Shown: positions 1 through 9,222, counted from the stretch's first letter. The stretch: DNA of 20,765 nucleotides from an uncultured Janthinobacterium sp. (GCA_964658025.1 CAZZXB010000047.1:1-20765), one strand, 5' to 3'. Notes: generated from the letters alone by a model not told the origin. Numbers and translations: made by a program.

Positions 1-55
1 AGGCGGAGCTCTGCAAAAGCTCTATTCCCCAGTTCGAATCTGGGCGTCGCCTCCA
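1..55 (+). tRNA. tRNA-Cys (GCA), 5' end cut off by the window edge
   Basis: Anticodon arm GAGCT-CTGCAAA-AGCTC (6-22, anticodon GCA at 13-15). T arm CCCAG-TTCGAAT-CTGGG (28-44). Acceptor 3' strand CGTCGCC, discriminator U (typical of tRNA-Cys), encoded CCA at 53-55. Confidence 0.96.
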
Positions 56-65
56 TCTCTCCCTC

Positions 66-1472
66 ATGATCGCAACACCACTACCGAATATCGTCGCACG
101 AGGCAACCTGCGCGGGGCATTACTGCTCGGTGCGCTCGTTGCTGCCATCATCGCGATCGCCGTTTTCATCTCGTTCCGCATCTACAACCAACTCGACGGA
201 GCGGCGCAGGTCGAACGCGCGCTCGTCCGCGCGCAACGCCAGCTCGACCTCGTCGCGCTGATCCAAACCGATCAGGAAGCGGCCCTGCGCGGCTTCATCG
301 CGTCGGGAAAACCGTCGTTTTTCGAGAACGACACGGTCGATTCGAACCGGTTCGGCAAGGCGATCTCCGCCTTCGAGGACACGACGGCCACCCTGCAGAT
401 CCCCGAGTTGCCCAAAGCGATCGCCGAGATGCGTCTCCGGCACAACGAGTGGGCGACGACGATCGCTCGTCCGCTTCGCGAGCGACCGCGCTCGCAGTAC
501 ACGCCGATCCGGCAGACGTTCGGGAAGGTCATCCTCGACCAACTCCGCAGCGAGGTGAGCCGCTCGCAGGGCCTCCTCGAAGCGCGCCTCGGGCGCGCCC
601 AGAACGATCTGAAGACGCGCATCAACGAAGCGTTGTTCGGGGGGCTCGCGTCGATCATCGTGTTCGGGCTCGTCGCGCTCGTCTTCGTCGCGTCCCGCGC
701 GCAGATTCTCGACGTCCTCGATCGTGAGTCGTCGATCGTCGAGACGCTGCAGAGCGCCTTCCGAACCGACCTCGACGTGCTGCCGCGCAGCAGCATCGGG
801 CGCGCGTATCTCTCCGCGGATAGCGATGCCGCCGTCGGCGGCGATCTCTTCGACGTCCGCCGGCTCGACGCGAGACGCGGCCTCATCGTCATCGCCGACA
901 TCAGCGGCAAGGGGATCGAGGCGGCGGTCAATACCGCGTTCGTGAAATATTCGATGCGGACGCTCGCGCTCACGGGGAGCACGCCGCGCGAGATCCTCGC
1001 GCGCTTCAACGCGATCTTTCTCGATACGATCGAGAATCCGAACCTCTTCGTCGTCGCGTTCGTCGCGATCGTCGACGTCGAGACGAGCCGGATCACCTAC
1101 GCGAGCGCGGGGCATTCGGGCGCGTGGTTACGTCGCGGCGAGGAGATCGTCCGACTCGACGTGACCGGGCCGATCGTCGGTCTCGATCGTAGTTTCGAAT
1201 TCGAGGAACGGACGTTGCAGTTGCGTCGCGGCGACGCCGTCGTGCTCGCGACCGACGGTCTGACGGAAGCGCGCGACGCCGAGGGTGCGATGCTCGACGA
1301 AGCGGGCGCGATCGCGATGCTCCGTTCGTCCTCGCACGAACCGCAGGCGTGCGCCGACGATCTCGTCGAGGCCGTACGCCGGCGCGGCGGCGGCTCCGTG
1401 CACGACGATCTCGCGCTCCTCGTGATCGGCATCGACGATCCGGCGCGCAAGACCGCGCCCGAAGCCGCGTAG
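66..1472 (+). CDS. Membrane sensor Ser/Thr phosphatase: TM-CHASE3-like-TM-PP2C/SpoIIE (RsbU-like)
   Basis: Two hydrophobic segments ([41 protein letters not shown]) flank the CHASE3-like [15 protein letters not shown]2C motifs [27 protein letters not shown] and HDDLA are present. Start codon uncertain. Confidence 0.88.
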   Translation: MIATPLPNIVARGNLRGALLLGALVAAIIAIAVFISFRIYNQLDGAAQVERALVRAQRQLDLVALIQTDQEAALRGFIASGKPSFFENDTVDSNRFGKAISAFEDTTATLQIPELPKAIAEMRLRHNEWATTIARPLRERPRSQYTPIRQTFGKVILDQLRSEVSRSQGLLEARLGRAQNDLKTRINEALFGGLASIIVFGLVALVFVASRAQILDVLDRESSIVETLQSAFRTDLDVLPRSSIGRAYLSADSDAAVGGDLFDVRRLDARRGLIVIADISGKGIEAAVNTAFVKYSMRTLALTGSTPREILARFNAIFLDTIENPNLFVVAFVAIVDVETSRITYASAGHSGAWLRRGEEIVRLDVTGPIVGLDRSFEFEERTLQLRRGDAVVLATDGLTEARDAEGAMLDEAGAIAMLRSSSHEPQACADDLVEAVRRRGGGSVHDDLALLVIGIDDPARKTAPEAA

Positions 1473-1485
1473 TCGGCGAGATCGC

Positions 1486-2274
1486 GTGCTCGTCCGTCGG
1501 ATCGTTCCGTGCCTGGACATCAAGGCCGGCCGCGTGGTCAAGGGCGTCCGTTTCGTCGCGCTCGCGGATGCGGGCGATCCGGTCGAACTCGCGCGCGTGT
1601 ACGAGGCGCGCGGCGCGGACGAACTCGTCTTCCTCGATATCACGGCGACGATCGAAGGTCGTCGCGCGATGCGCGACGTCGTGCGCGCGGTCGCGGCCGA
1701 ACTCACGATTCCGTTCGCCGTCGGCGGCGGCGTCTCGAGTGCCGACGACGTGCGCGCGCTCTTGCGCTGCGGGTGCGACAAGGTCTCGCTCAACAGCGCC
1801 GCGGTCCGCGATCCGCGGATCTTGCGGGTCGCGGCCGCGGAGTTCGGCAGCCAGTGCGTCGTGGTCGCGATCGACGCGCGTCGCACGACGGACGGCCGCG
1901 GCTTCGAAGTCGTGGTCGACGGCGGACGGACGCCGACGGGACGCGACGCGATCGCGTGGGCGCTCGAAGCGGTCGCCGCGGGCGCGGGCGAGATCTTGCT
2001 CACGAGCATCGACCGCGACGGAACCAAGAGCGGCTTCGATCTCGCGCTCACGCGCGCGATCCACGACGCGGTCGACGTGCCGATCGTCGCGTCGGGCGGC
2101 GCGGGGACGATCGAACATTTCGTCGAGGTGTTCGACGTCGCGCGCGCCGACGCGGCGCTCGCGGCGTCGCTCTTCCATTTCGGCGAACTCGATATCGCGG
2201 CGCTCAAGGCCGACCTCGCCGCACGCGGAATTCCGGTGCGGCCCCACGTAGAGATGGGACATGTCGTCTCGTGA
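1486..2274 (+). CDS. hisF: Imidazole glycerol phosphate synthase cyclase subunit
   Basis: [72 protein letters not shown] start. Confidence 0.97.
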   Translation: MLVRRIVPCLDIKAGRVVKGVRFVALADAGDPVELARVYEARGADELVFLDITATIEGRRAMRDVVRAVAAELTIPFAVGGGVSSADDVRALLRCGCDKVSLNSAAVRDPRILRVAAAEFGSQCVVVAIDARRTTDGRGFEVVVDGGRTPTGRDAIAWALEAVAAGAGEILLTSIDRDGTKSGFDLALTRAIHDAVDVPIVASGGAGTIEHFVEVFDVARADAALAASLFHFGELDIAALKADLAARGIPVRPHVEMGHVVS

Positions 2275-2896
2275 GCTCGCTTTCGGTTCCGACGGGTTGC
2301 TCCCGGTCGTCGTGCAGGACGCGCGCGACGGCGCGGTGCTGACGCTCGCCTACGCGAATCGCGACGCGCTCGAACGCACCCTCGCCACGCGCTCGACGTG
2401 GCTCTTCAGTCGCTCGCGTAACGAGCTCTGGAACAAGGGTGCGACGTCGGGGAACACGCAGCGCGTCGTCGGCGTGCGTTTCGACTGCGATGCCGACGCG
2501 TTACTCTATCGCGTCGTCCCGACCGGCCCCGCCTGCCACACGGGCGCCGCATCGTGCTTCTCGAACGCGTTACTCGACGACGCGCGCGATCCGGAGGTCG
2601 CCGTCGCGCCGCCGTTCGAGGCGGCGATCGCGCACCTGCGCGCGACGATCGCGTCGCGTCGCGGTGCGTCTCCCGAAACGAGTTACACGGCGAAACTCTT
2701 GCACGACGGCGTCGACCGGATCGGTAAGAAGATCGGCGAGGAGGCGACCGAGGTCGTGATCGCGGCGAAGAACGGCGATCCGAGAGAACTCGCGTGGGAA
2801 GTCGCCGACCTCGTATACCACACGCTCGTCCTCCTCGAAGAGCGCGGCGTCCCGCTCGACGACGTCGGCGCCGAACTGCTGCGACGGGCGACGTAA
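2261..2896 (+). CDS. hisIE: Bifunctional phosphoribosyl-AMP cyclohydrolase / phosphoribosyl-ATP pyrophosphatase
   Basis: HisI motifs [24 protein letters not shown] and GPACHTG. HisE motifs [16 protein letters not shown] and EVADLVYH. Overlaps hisF by 14 nt. Confidence 0.96.
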   Translation: MSSRELAFGSDGLLPVVVQDARDGAVLTLAYANRDALERTLATRSTWLFSRSRNELWNKGATSGNTQRVVGVRFDCDADALLYRVVPTGPACHTGAASCFSNALLDDARDPEVAVAPPFEAAIAHLRATIASRRGASPETSYTAKLLHDGVDRIGKKIGEEATEVVIAAKNGDPRELAWEVADLVYHTLVLLEERGVPLDDVGAELLRRAT

Positions 2897-2961
2897 CCGC
2901 GCCGCGCGACGTAACCGCGCCGCGCGACGCGCGCGCGCCGCGCGATCTACGCGACCTGCGC
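2890..2961 (+). repeat. 18-bp tandem repeat: 2 exact copies, 1 degenerate copy, then two 9-bp units
   Basis: GACGTAACCGCGCCGCGC at 2890-2907 and 2908-2925; GACGCGCGCGCGCCGCGC at 2926-2943; GATCTACGC and GACCTGCGC at 2944-2961. In the recG frame this reads [24 protein letters not shown]. Confidence 0.9.
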
Positions 2962-5022
2962 GGGATCGGCCCCGAACTCGCGCGCAAGTTCGAGGCGCTC
3001 GACGTGCGCGAACCGCGCGATCTCGCGACGCTCTATCCTCGCGACTATAAGGACTGGCGCGTCCCCGTCCCGATCGCGGAGGTCGTCCGCGAGGCGCTCG
3101 TCCGCGGCCGGTCGCCGGGCGAAGCGGACGGCGGCGACGTCATCGTCGTCGCGCGCGTCGTCGCGGTACGCGAGGTGCGCGCGCGGATCCCGATCGTCTC
3201 CGCCGATCTCGCGGACGACAGCGGGACGATCGTCGCCACGTGGTTCGGTCGGCGCGGGCTCGCGGGAAAGCTCGTCCCGGACGCGCGCGTATTCGCGTAC
3301 GGACGGGCCGCGCTCAAGCGCGTGCGCGGCAGCGTCTCCGTGGAGCTCAACGTGTTGCAGCATCGCGTGCTCGCCGAAGGCGAACGGTACGAGGGGGCGA
3401 TCGTCCCCGTCTATCGCGCGAGCAAAGAATTGCCGTCGCGAACGATCGCGACGGTGATCGAAAAAAATGCCGACGCGCTCGCGTCGCTCGTGACGGGGAT
3501 CGTGCCCGAGGAGATCGCGCGCGAGGCGGGGTTCGGATCGCTCGCCGCGGCCTGGCGCACGGTCCACCGTCCGCCGACGCTCGAGGCCGCCGCCGCCGCG
3601 CGCGAACGTTTGATCTTCGACGAATTCTTCGGCATCGCGCTCGCCGCGGCGCTCAAACGTTCCGCGCGGCGCGCCGCGGGCGGCGCGCCGCATCTCGTCG
3701 TGTCGCCGGAATTACTCGAACGCTTCGAGGCGACGCTCCCCTTCGCGTTCACGGGCGCGCAGCGCCGGACGATCGGCGAGATCTGGCGCGATATGGGCGC
3801 CTCCGGCGCGATGAATCGTCTGTTGCAGGGCGACGTCGGGAGCGGGAAGACGCTCGTCGCCGCGGCGGCGATCGTGCTCGCGCACCACAACGGCGTCCAG
3901 AGCGCGCTGATGGCGCCGACCGAGATCCTCGCGCTCCAACACGCGCAGAAGCTCGCACCGCTCTTGCTCCCGCTCGGCGTCCGCGTCGACGCGCTCGTCG
4001 GCGGCATCGGGGCGCGCGAACGCGCGGGCGTGCTCGGTCGTCTCGCGAGCGGCGAGTGCGATCTCGTCGTCGGAACGCACGCGCTCATCACGGACGACGT
4101 GGCGTTCCGCGAACTCGGCCTCGCGATCATCGACGAACAACACCGCTTCGGCGTCTCCCAGCGCGCGAAGCTCCGCGCCAAGGGAACCTCGCCGCACACG
4201 CTCCACATGACGGCGACGCCGATCCCGCGGACGCTCGCGCAGACGAAATTCGCCGATCTCGATTGCTCGATCCTCGACGAGTTACCGCCGGGCCGGACGC
4301 CGATCGAGACGTACGTCCTGCGCGCGAGCCGCAAACCCCGCGCGTACGAGTTCGTGCGCAAGAACGTCGCACGCGGACGTCAGGCGTACGTCGTCGCGCC
4401 CGCGATCGACGAATCGGAGACCGCCCTCACGAGCGCGCTCGCCGAACTCGAACATCTCCGCACGTCGGTCTTTCCCGATCTCCGCGTCGCACTCTTACAC
4501 GGTCGGCTGACGTCGCGCGAGAAGGACCAGGTGATGACGCGCTTCACGCGCGGCGAGGCGGACGTCCTCCTCGCGACGACGGTCGTCGAAGTCGGCGTCG
4601 ACGTCCCGAACGCCTCGGTGATGGTCATCCTCGACGCGCACCGATACGGTCTCGCACAACTCCATCAGTTGCGCGGACGCGTCGGCCGCGGCGTGGCGCG
4701 CTCGTACTGCGTCCTCATCGCGCCCGACGGCCGCGGCGACGTGGAGCGTCTCGAGATCCTCGCGCGCACGACGGACGGATTCGAGATCGCGGAAGAAGAT
4801 CTGCGGCTCCGGGGCGAGGGCGAGTTCGCCGGGACGATGCAGGCGGGCGGCGGGACGTTGCTCGGCAGCGTCGTCTCCGATTTCGCGCTCTACACGAGCG
4901 CGAAGCGCGCCGCGGACGAACTCGTGGCGCGCGATCCGGAATTGCGCGGAGCGGCGTACGCCGAGATGCGCGCCGCGATCGAGCGCGACGGCGGCATGCG
5001 GGCGACCTTCCTCGGATCCTGA
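2893..5022 (+). CDS. recG: ATP-dependent DNA helicase RecG (start uncertain; the ORF is open back to GTG 2794)
   Basis: N-terminal LRGIGP...LYPRDYKD, wedge/OB region, RLIFDEFF, MNRLLQGDVGSGKT, MAPTEILA, IIDEQHRFG, MTATPIPRTL, TTVVEVGVDVPNAS, GLAQLHQLRGRVGRG, DGFEIAEEDLRLRG. Confidence 0.95.
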   Translation, partial: VTAPRDVTAPRDARAPRDLRDLRGIGPELARKFEALDVREPRDLATLYPRDYKDWRVPVPIAEVVREALVRGRSPGEADGGDVIVVARVVAVREVRARIPIVSADLADDSGTIVATWFGRRGLAGKLVPDARVFAYGRAALKRVRGSVSVELNVLQHRVLAEGERYEGAIVPVYRASKELPSRTIATVIEKNADALASLVTGIVPEEIAREAGFGSLAAAWRTVHRPPTLEAAAAARERLIFDEFFGIALAAALKRSARRAAGGAPHLVVSPELLERFEATLPFAFTGAQRRTIGEIWRDMGASGAMNRLLQGDVGSGKTLVAAAAIVLAHHNGVQSALMAPTEILALQHAQKLAPLLLPLGVRVDALVGGIGARERAGVLGRLASGECDLVVGTHALITDDVAFRELGLAIIDEQHRFGVSQRAKLRAKGTSPHTLHMTATPIPRTLAQTKFADLDCSILDELPPGRTPIETYVLRASRKPRAYEFVRKNVARGRQAYVVAPAIDESETALTSALAELEHLRTSVFPDLRVALLHGRLTSREKDQVMTRFTRGEADVLLATTVVEVGVDVPNASVMVILDAHRYGLAQLHQLRGRVGRGVARSYCVLIAPDGRGDVERLEILARTTDGFEIAEEDLRLRGEGEFAGTMQAGGGTLLGSVVSDFALYTSAKRAADELVARDPELRGAAYAEMRAAIERDGGMRATFLGS

Positions 5023-5058
5023 ACGGGCGGCCGCCGCGTCGTTCGCGAAGGTGCGGCG

Positions 5059-5781
5059 ATGCCGAACGATATCGCAATCGGATTCGATCTCGATCACACG
5101 CTCGTGATCGACAACACGCTCGAACGCACGACCGCGCTCGCGCTCCTCGCCGAGATCGCCGCGGCGCGCGAGATCGCCTACGATACGGCCGCCGCCGGCA
5201 CCGCGATCGACGTCGCGCTCGTCGCGTACCGCGCGGGCGACCAGAGCCTCGAGGCCGCCATCGCGGGCTTCCTGCAAAAATTCGTCCCGGGCGGCGAGAC
5301 GTCGGACGTGATCGACGAAGCGCAAGAATTTCGCGACCGCGTGATCGCCGCCGCGCCCTCCCACGTCGAAGCGCTTCCCGGCGTCGCGGAGCTCTTCGAC
5401 CGACTCGACGCGCTCGGCGTGCCGTACGCGATCCTCAGCAACGGCTGGAGTCCGTTGCAAGAAGAGAAGGCGCGCGCGATCGCGTTTCGCGGCTCCGTGT
5501 TCGTGAGCGAGCGCATCGGCGCGCGCAAGCCGACGCGCGACGCGTTCGACATCCTCGTCTCGCACTTCGACCTCCCGCGCGAACGCGTCTGGTACGTCGG
5601 CGACGATCCGAAGAACGATTGCGCCGGCGCCCACGAGAGCGGGCTCGCGTCGGTTTGGTTCGATTGGGAAAACGTCGCGTATCCGAGCGACCTGCCCCCG
5701 CCCGACCACGTCATCCACACGCTCGCCGAACTCGCCGCGCTCGTTCAAGGGCGGCGGCCCGACGCGGCGAAAACGGTGTGA
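5059..5781 (+). CDS. HAD-superfamily hydrolase (class IA, C1 cap)
   Basis: Motif I FDLDHTL, motif II ILSNG, motif III RKP, motif IV YVGDDPKND. AAGGT upstream of the ATG. Confidence 0.88.
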   Translation: MPNDIAIGFDLDHTLVIDNTLERTTALALLAEIAAAREIAYDTAAAGTAIDVALVAYRAGDQSLEAAIAGFLQKFVPGGETSDVIDEAQEFRDRVIAAAPSHVEALPGVAELFDRLDALGVPYAILSNGWSPLQEEKARAIAFRGSVFVSERIGARKPTRDAFDILVSHFDLPRERVWYVGDDPKNDCAGAHESGLASVWFDWENVAYPSDLPPPDHVIHTLAELAALVQGRRPDAAKTV

Positions 5782-5785
5782 TGGC

Positions 5786-6346
5786 GTGTCGGTGCGCGTG
5801 AGCGGCGGCGAACTTCGATCGCGAGTGATCCGCTCGCCGCACGGCGACGCGACGCGACCGACGCCCGGCCGCGTCAAGGAAGCGCTCTTCTCGATGCTCG
5901 GCGACGCGATCTCGGGCGCGCGCGTGCTCGATCTCTACGCCGGCACGGGCGCGATCGGCTTCGAAGCGCTCTCGCGCGGAGCGGCGCACGCGACGTTCGT
6001 CGAATTGCACGCCCCCACGGCGCAACGCATCCGCGCGACGATCGCGGAATTCGGCGTCGCGTCGCGCGCGAAAGTCGTCTGCGCGCCCGCCGAGCGCGTC
6101 GCGTCGCGACTCGCCGGGCGCTTCGATTTCGTCTATGCCGATCCGCCGTACGCGTTGCCGCCGCCCCATCTCACGTTCGGAAACTTGCGCGCGCGCGGCG
6201 CGATCGACGCCCGCACGACGATCGTCTACGAACATCGCGATCGCGCCGAACCCTTCGCCACGCCCGGCTTCGAAACGTTGCGCGACGCGCGGTACGGCGA
6301 GGTGACGCTGCAGTTCCTGCGCGTCGCGGAACCGGCGGTTCGGTAG
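5786..6346 (+). CDS. rsmD: 16S rRNA (guanine966-N2)-methyltransferase
   Basis: TRPTPGRVKEALF, LDLYAGTGAIGFEALSRGA, YADPPY, RYG. Lies directly upstream of coaD. Confidence 0.93.
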   Translation: MSVRVSGGELRSRVIRSPHGDATRPTPGRVKEALFSMLGDAISGARVLDLYAGTGAIGFEALSRGAAHATFVELHAPTAQRIRATIAEFGVASRAKVVCAPAERVASRLAGRFDFVYADPPYALPPPHLTFGNLRARGAIDARTTIVYEHRDRAEPFATPGFETLRDARYGEVTLQFLRVAEPAVR

Positions 6347-6850
6347 GTGGCCGAGCCGCAGGGGCACGCGGTCTATCCCGGCTCGTTCGATCCGCCGACG
6401 AACGGTCATCTCGACGTCATCGCGCGCGCGTCGGCCGTGTTCGAACGCGTGACGGTCGCCGTGGTCGTCAACCCGCAAAAACGCAGTCCGTATTTTTCTC
6501 TGGACGAACGCGAGGCAATGCTGCATCGCTGTACGAACGACTACGCGAACGTGAGCGTCGATCATTTTCGCGGCTTACTCGCGGATTACGTGAAGCGGAT
6601 CTCCGCGAGCGTGATCGTCAAAGGGTTGCGCGTCGTCTCGGACTTCGAGAGCGAGATGGCGTTCGCGCACATGAACCGCTCGCTCTCGGGCGTCGATACC
6701 GTCTTCCTCATGTCGGATGCGAATTATTCGTTCGTGAGTTCGAGTCTGATCAAAGAAGTCTACCTCCAGGGAGGCGACATCGAAAAGTACGTACCGAGCG
6801 TCGTCCTCGATCAAATGCACAACAAACGCCGCGTCAACGGGAGAACGTAA
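6347..6850 (+). CDS. coaD: Pantetheine-phosphate adenylyltransferase
   Basis: AVYPGSFDPPTNGHLD, VKGLRVVSDFESE, SFVSSSLIKEV. Confidence 0.97.
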   Translation: MAEPQGHAVYPGSFDPPTNGHLDVIARASAVFERVTVAVVVNPQKRSPYFSLDEREAMLHRCTNDYANVSVDHFRGLLADYVKRISASVIVKGLRVVSDFESEMAFAHMNRSLSGVDTVFLMSDANYSFVSSSLIKEVYLQGGDIEKYVPSVVLDQMHNKRRVNGRT

Positions 6851-6851
6851 C

Positions 6852-7406
6852 ATGTCGATTTACCGTGTCATCGATAAACTCGAGGCGTACGTGCGCGAGG
6901 GGACGTGGGTGCCGCTCGGCTATCGGATCTTGAGCGAGGAACGGCTCGTCGAATACATCGAGAAGATGCGTTCGACCCTCCCCGAAGAGGTCGGTCGCGC
7001 GAAGGTCATCGCGACGAATAAGGAGCGCATCGTTCGCGACGCGCAGGAAAAGGCGCAACAGATCGTCACGGAGGCGGTGGCGCAGAAGAACGAACTCGTC
7101 GAGCAGCACGACGTCGTCCGCGTCGCGCGGACGACGGCCGACGTCGTCCTACGCGAAGCGGAAGAGAAGGCGCGCCGCATCCGCGCGGGTGCCGACGCGT
7201 ACGCCGCGCAGGTTCTCGCGGAGCTCGAGGCGCGGCTCGCGACCGCGCTCGGTTCGGTCCAAAAGGGTCGCGAAGCGCTCGCGCCCCGCCCGGAACCGGA
7301 AACCGCGTCCCAACCGCTCGCCGATGCGGCGGCGAAATCGAAACGGGCCGCCTTCGACGCCGCGGAGCCGGGGGTCGAACGCGAGACGGTCGCCGCGCGC
7401 GGCTGA
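6852..7406 (+). CDS. Coiled-coil protein of the family usually found after coaD (DivIVA-like / ATP synthase subunit B-like)
   Basis: IDKLE...VPL...RSTLPEEV..AK, Ala/Glu/Arg heptads and GADAYA..VL, at the post-coaD position known from Actinobacteria and Firmicutes. Confidence 0.75.
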   Translation: MSIYRVIDKLEAYVREGTWVPLGYRILSEERLVEYIEKMRSTLPEEVGRAKVIATNKERIVRDAQEKAQQIVTEAVAQKNELVEQHDVVRVARTTADVVLREAEEKARRIRAGADAYAAQVLAELEARLATALGSVQKGREALAPRPEPETASQPLADAAAKSKRAAFDAAEPGVERETVAARG

Positions 7407-7412
7407 CCCGAA

Positions 7413-7436
7413 TCGGCGCCGCTCGCGCGGTGCCGA
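7413..7436. terminator. Hairpin between convergent genes, possible terminator
   Basis: TCGGCGCCGC-TCGC-GCGGTGCCGA forms a 10-bp stem with one G-U pair and fills most of the 34-nt gap between two stop codons. No U-tract. Confidence 0.45.
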
Positions 7437-7440
7437 CCGC

Positions 7441-8388
7441 CTACACCGGCGGCGCTTGAACGTTGTGGGCGAAGGCTTCGAGACGCTCGCGATCGAGCGC
7501 GCGCACGCGACCGCGATCGAGTTCGACCGCCGCGGCGTTTTTGAGTCGCAACAGCGCGCGCGCCGCCATGTCGCGGACGGTCCCCGCGGCCTGCGCGATC
7601 TGCGCTTGCGAGAGATTTTCGACGCCCGATAATCCGCGCGCCATGCCCGTCGTCGCCGGCGCGTACGAGAGCAAGAATTTCGCGACGCGCTGGAGCACGT
7701 GCGCGAACGCGAGATCGGCGATCGTCTCGATCGAGCGGCGCCGCGCCTGCGAGGCGTCTTGCAAGAATCCGAGCGCGAGTTCGGCGTCGTTCCGAGCCGC
7801 GTGGATCACGGCTTCGGTCGGGAGGAGCACGATCGTGCAGTCGGTCAGCGCCTCGGCGCGCGTCGTCGCCCCGCCGCCGTCGAACGTTCCGGTTTCGTTG
7901 AGCGGATCGAGCGGCAGCCGCTCGCCGAGCGATTGCGTCTTGCCGTCGGGCGAGAGGAGCGTGTAGATCACCTTACCGGCACGGACGAACGCGAGATACG
8001 GCCACGCTTGGCCTTCGTCGTAGATCGTCTCGCCCGAACGGAACGGTCGTTCGGTCGCCGTGCTCGCGAGTTCGCGAACCGTCGACGCCTTGGCGTTCGC
8101 GAACGGATTGCAGTGCGAGAGAAAGGTCGGCACGTCGGCGTGCTCGTCGATCCGCTCGATGCGGATCGTCCAGCGACCCGATCCTTGGTTGCGCGCGTCC
8201 CACGAGAACCGTCCGGGTCGATGCTGGAGAAATTCGTTGCGTAACGCCCGCGGATCGGCCTCTTCGGGCAATTCCAAAATTCCGCCCAGTTGTAAGCGGT
8301 CGAATGCTTCGAAGATGATGACGTTACGATTGGTGTTCGGGAGCGTCCGGCTATCGAGTGAGATCGCCGGAGCGCGGGTGTTCGCCAT
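7441..8388 (-). CDS. Crp/Fnr-family transcriptional regulator with an N-terminal DUF2249-like domain
   Basis: N-terminal LDSRTLP...IFEAFDRLQLG...DPRALRNEF...GRFSW...GRWTIRIER (DUF2249 pattern). cNMP-binding fold FRSGETIYDEG...VRAGKV...SPDGK. C-helix IADLAFAHVLQRVAKFLL. HTH LSQAQIAQAAGTVRDMAARAL. Confidence 0.88.
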   Translation of the reverse strand: MANTRAPAISLDSRTLPNTNRNVIIFEAFDRLQLGGILELPEEADPRALRNEFLQHRPGRFSWDARNQGSGRWTIRIERIDEHADVPTFLSHCNPFANAKASTVRELASTATERPFRSGETIYDEGQAWPYLAFVRAGKVIYTLLSPDGKTQSLGERLPLDPLNETGTFDGGGATTRAEALTDCTIVLLPTEAVIHAARNDAELALGFLQDASQARRRSIETIADLAFAHVLQRVAKFLLSYAPATTGMARGLSGVENLSQAQIAQAAGTVRDMAARALLRLKNAAAVELDRGRVRALDRERLEAFAHNVQAPPV

Positions 8389-8436
8389 GGTGCTGATTTA
8401 TTCCGATGGCACCGCGCGTCTGCCTTCAATCGTACT

Positions 8437-9222
8437 TCAGCGCCGCTCGAATTCGGCACGTCGCTTTGCTAAGAATGCTTTGGTGCCTTCGCCGAAGTCG
8501 GCCGTCGCGACGAGGCTCCCGAAATGCGATGCCTCGATTTCGAGTCCCGTGCGGAGCGGGAGATCGGCTCCGTCCCGGATGGCGCGTTTCGTGGCCTCCA
8601 CGCCGAGGGGCGCCTTCGCGGCGATCGTCCGCGCGGTCCGTCGCGCCGTTTCCGCGAGGTCGGCGAGCGGCACGACGCGCTCGACGAGTCCGATGCGCAG
8701 CGCCTCCGCCGCGTCGATCGTCTCGGCGGTCGTGCAGAGATAGGTCGCCATGCCGCGGCCGAGCAGACGCGCGGTGCGTTGCGTCCCGCCGTAGCCGGGC
8801 ATCAGTCCGAGATTGACTTCGGGCTGTCCGAATTTGGCGGAATCCGCCGCGATGCGGACGTCACACGCGAGCGCGAGCTCGCAACCGCCGCCGAGCGCGA
8901 ATCCGTTGACGGCGGCGATGACGGGAACGCGCAACGCTTCGATCTGTAACGTGAGCGCCTGCCCGACGCGCGCTTGCGCGGCTCCGGCGAGCGCGTCGGG
9001 CAACCCCGCGAGTTCGCCGATATCGGCACCGGCCGCGAACGCGCGATCGCCCGAACCCGTGAGGATCGCGACGCGGATCGCGCGATCGTCGTCGACGCGC
9101 GCGAACGCGTCGCGCAACTCCTCGAGCATCCGAACATTAAGTGCATTAAGGACCGACGGCCGGGAGAGCGTGACGTGCGCGACGCCTTCGGCGACGTCGA
9201 ATTCGATCGTTTCGTACGACAT
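8437..9222 (-). CDS. Enoyl-CoA hydratase (crotonase, Crt-like)
   Basis: RPSVLNALN, AFAAGADI, AAVNGFALGGGCELALACD, FGQPEVNLGLMPGYGGTQR; both catalytic Glu are present. Start moved to ATG 9222 (MSYETIEF). Confidence 0.93.
   Translation of the reverse strand: MSYETIEFDVAEGVAHVTLSRPSVLNALNVRMLEELRDAFARVDDDRAIRVAILTGSGDRAFAAGADIGELAGLPDALAGAAQARVGQALTLQIEALRVPVIAAVNGFALGGGCELALACDVRIAADSAKFGQPEVNLGLMPGYGGTQRTARLLGRGMATYLCTTAETIDAAEALRIGLVERVVPLADLAETARRTARTIAAKAPLGVEATKRAIRDGADLPLRTGLEIEASHFGSLVATADFGEGTKAFLAKRRAEFERR

Noticed and set aside
1..120. tRNA-Cys as the integration site of a genomic island
   Set aside because: I saw no integrase, no second copy of the tRNA 3' end and no sustained compositional shift. 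The downstream genes are core housekeeping genes.
2890..2961. Tandem repeat as a CRISPR array
   Set aside because: The units are contiguous with no spacers, only 18 bp long, and there are no cas genes.
5023..5058. GC hairpin between recG and the HAD gene as a terminator or RNA thermometer
   Set aside because: It is short and imperfect, has no U-tract, and is expected by chance at this GC content.
3240..5801. 853-aa ORF and the other long alternative-frame or antisense ORFs (e.g. 1093-2262, 4495-5877, 11409-12875, 14617-16212)
   Set aside because: They are low-complexity, mostly Arg/Ala/Pro-rich translations overlapping well-supported genes, as expected from stop-codon scarcity in high-GC DNA.
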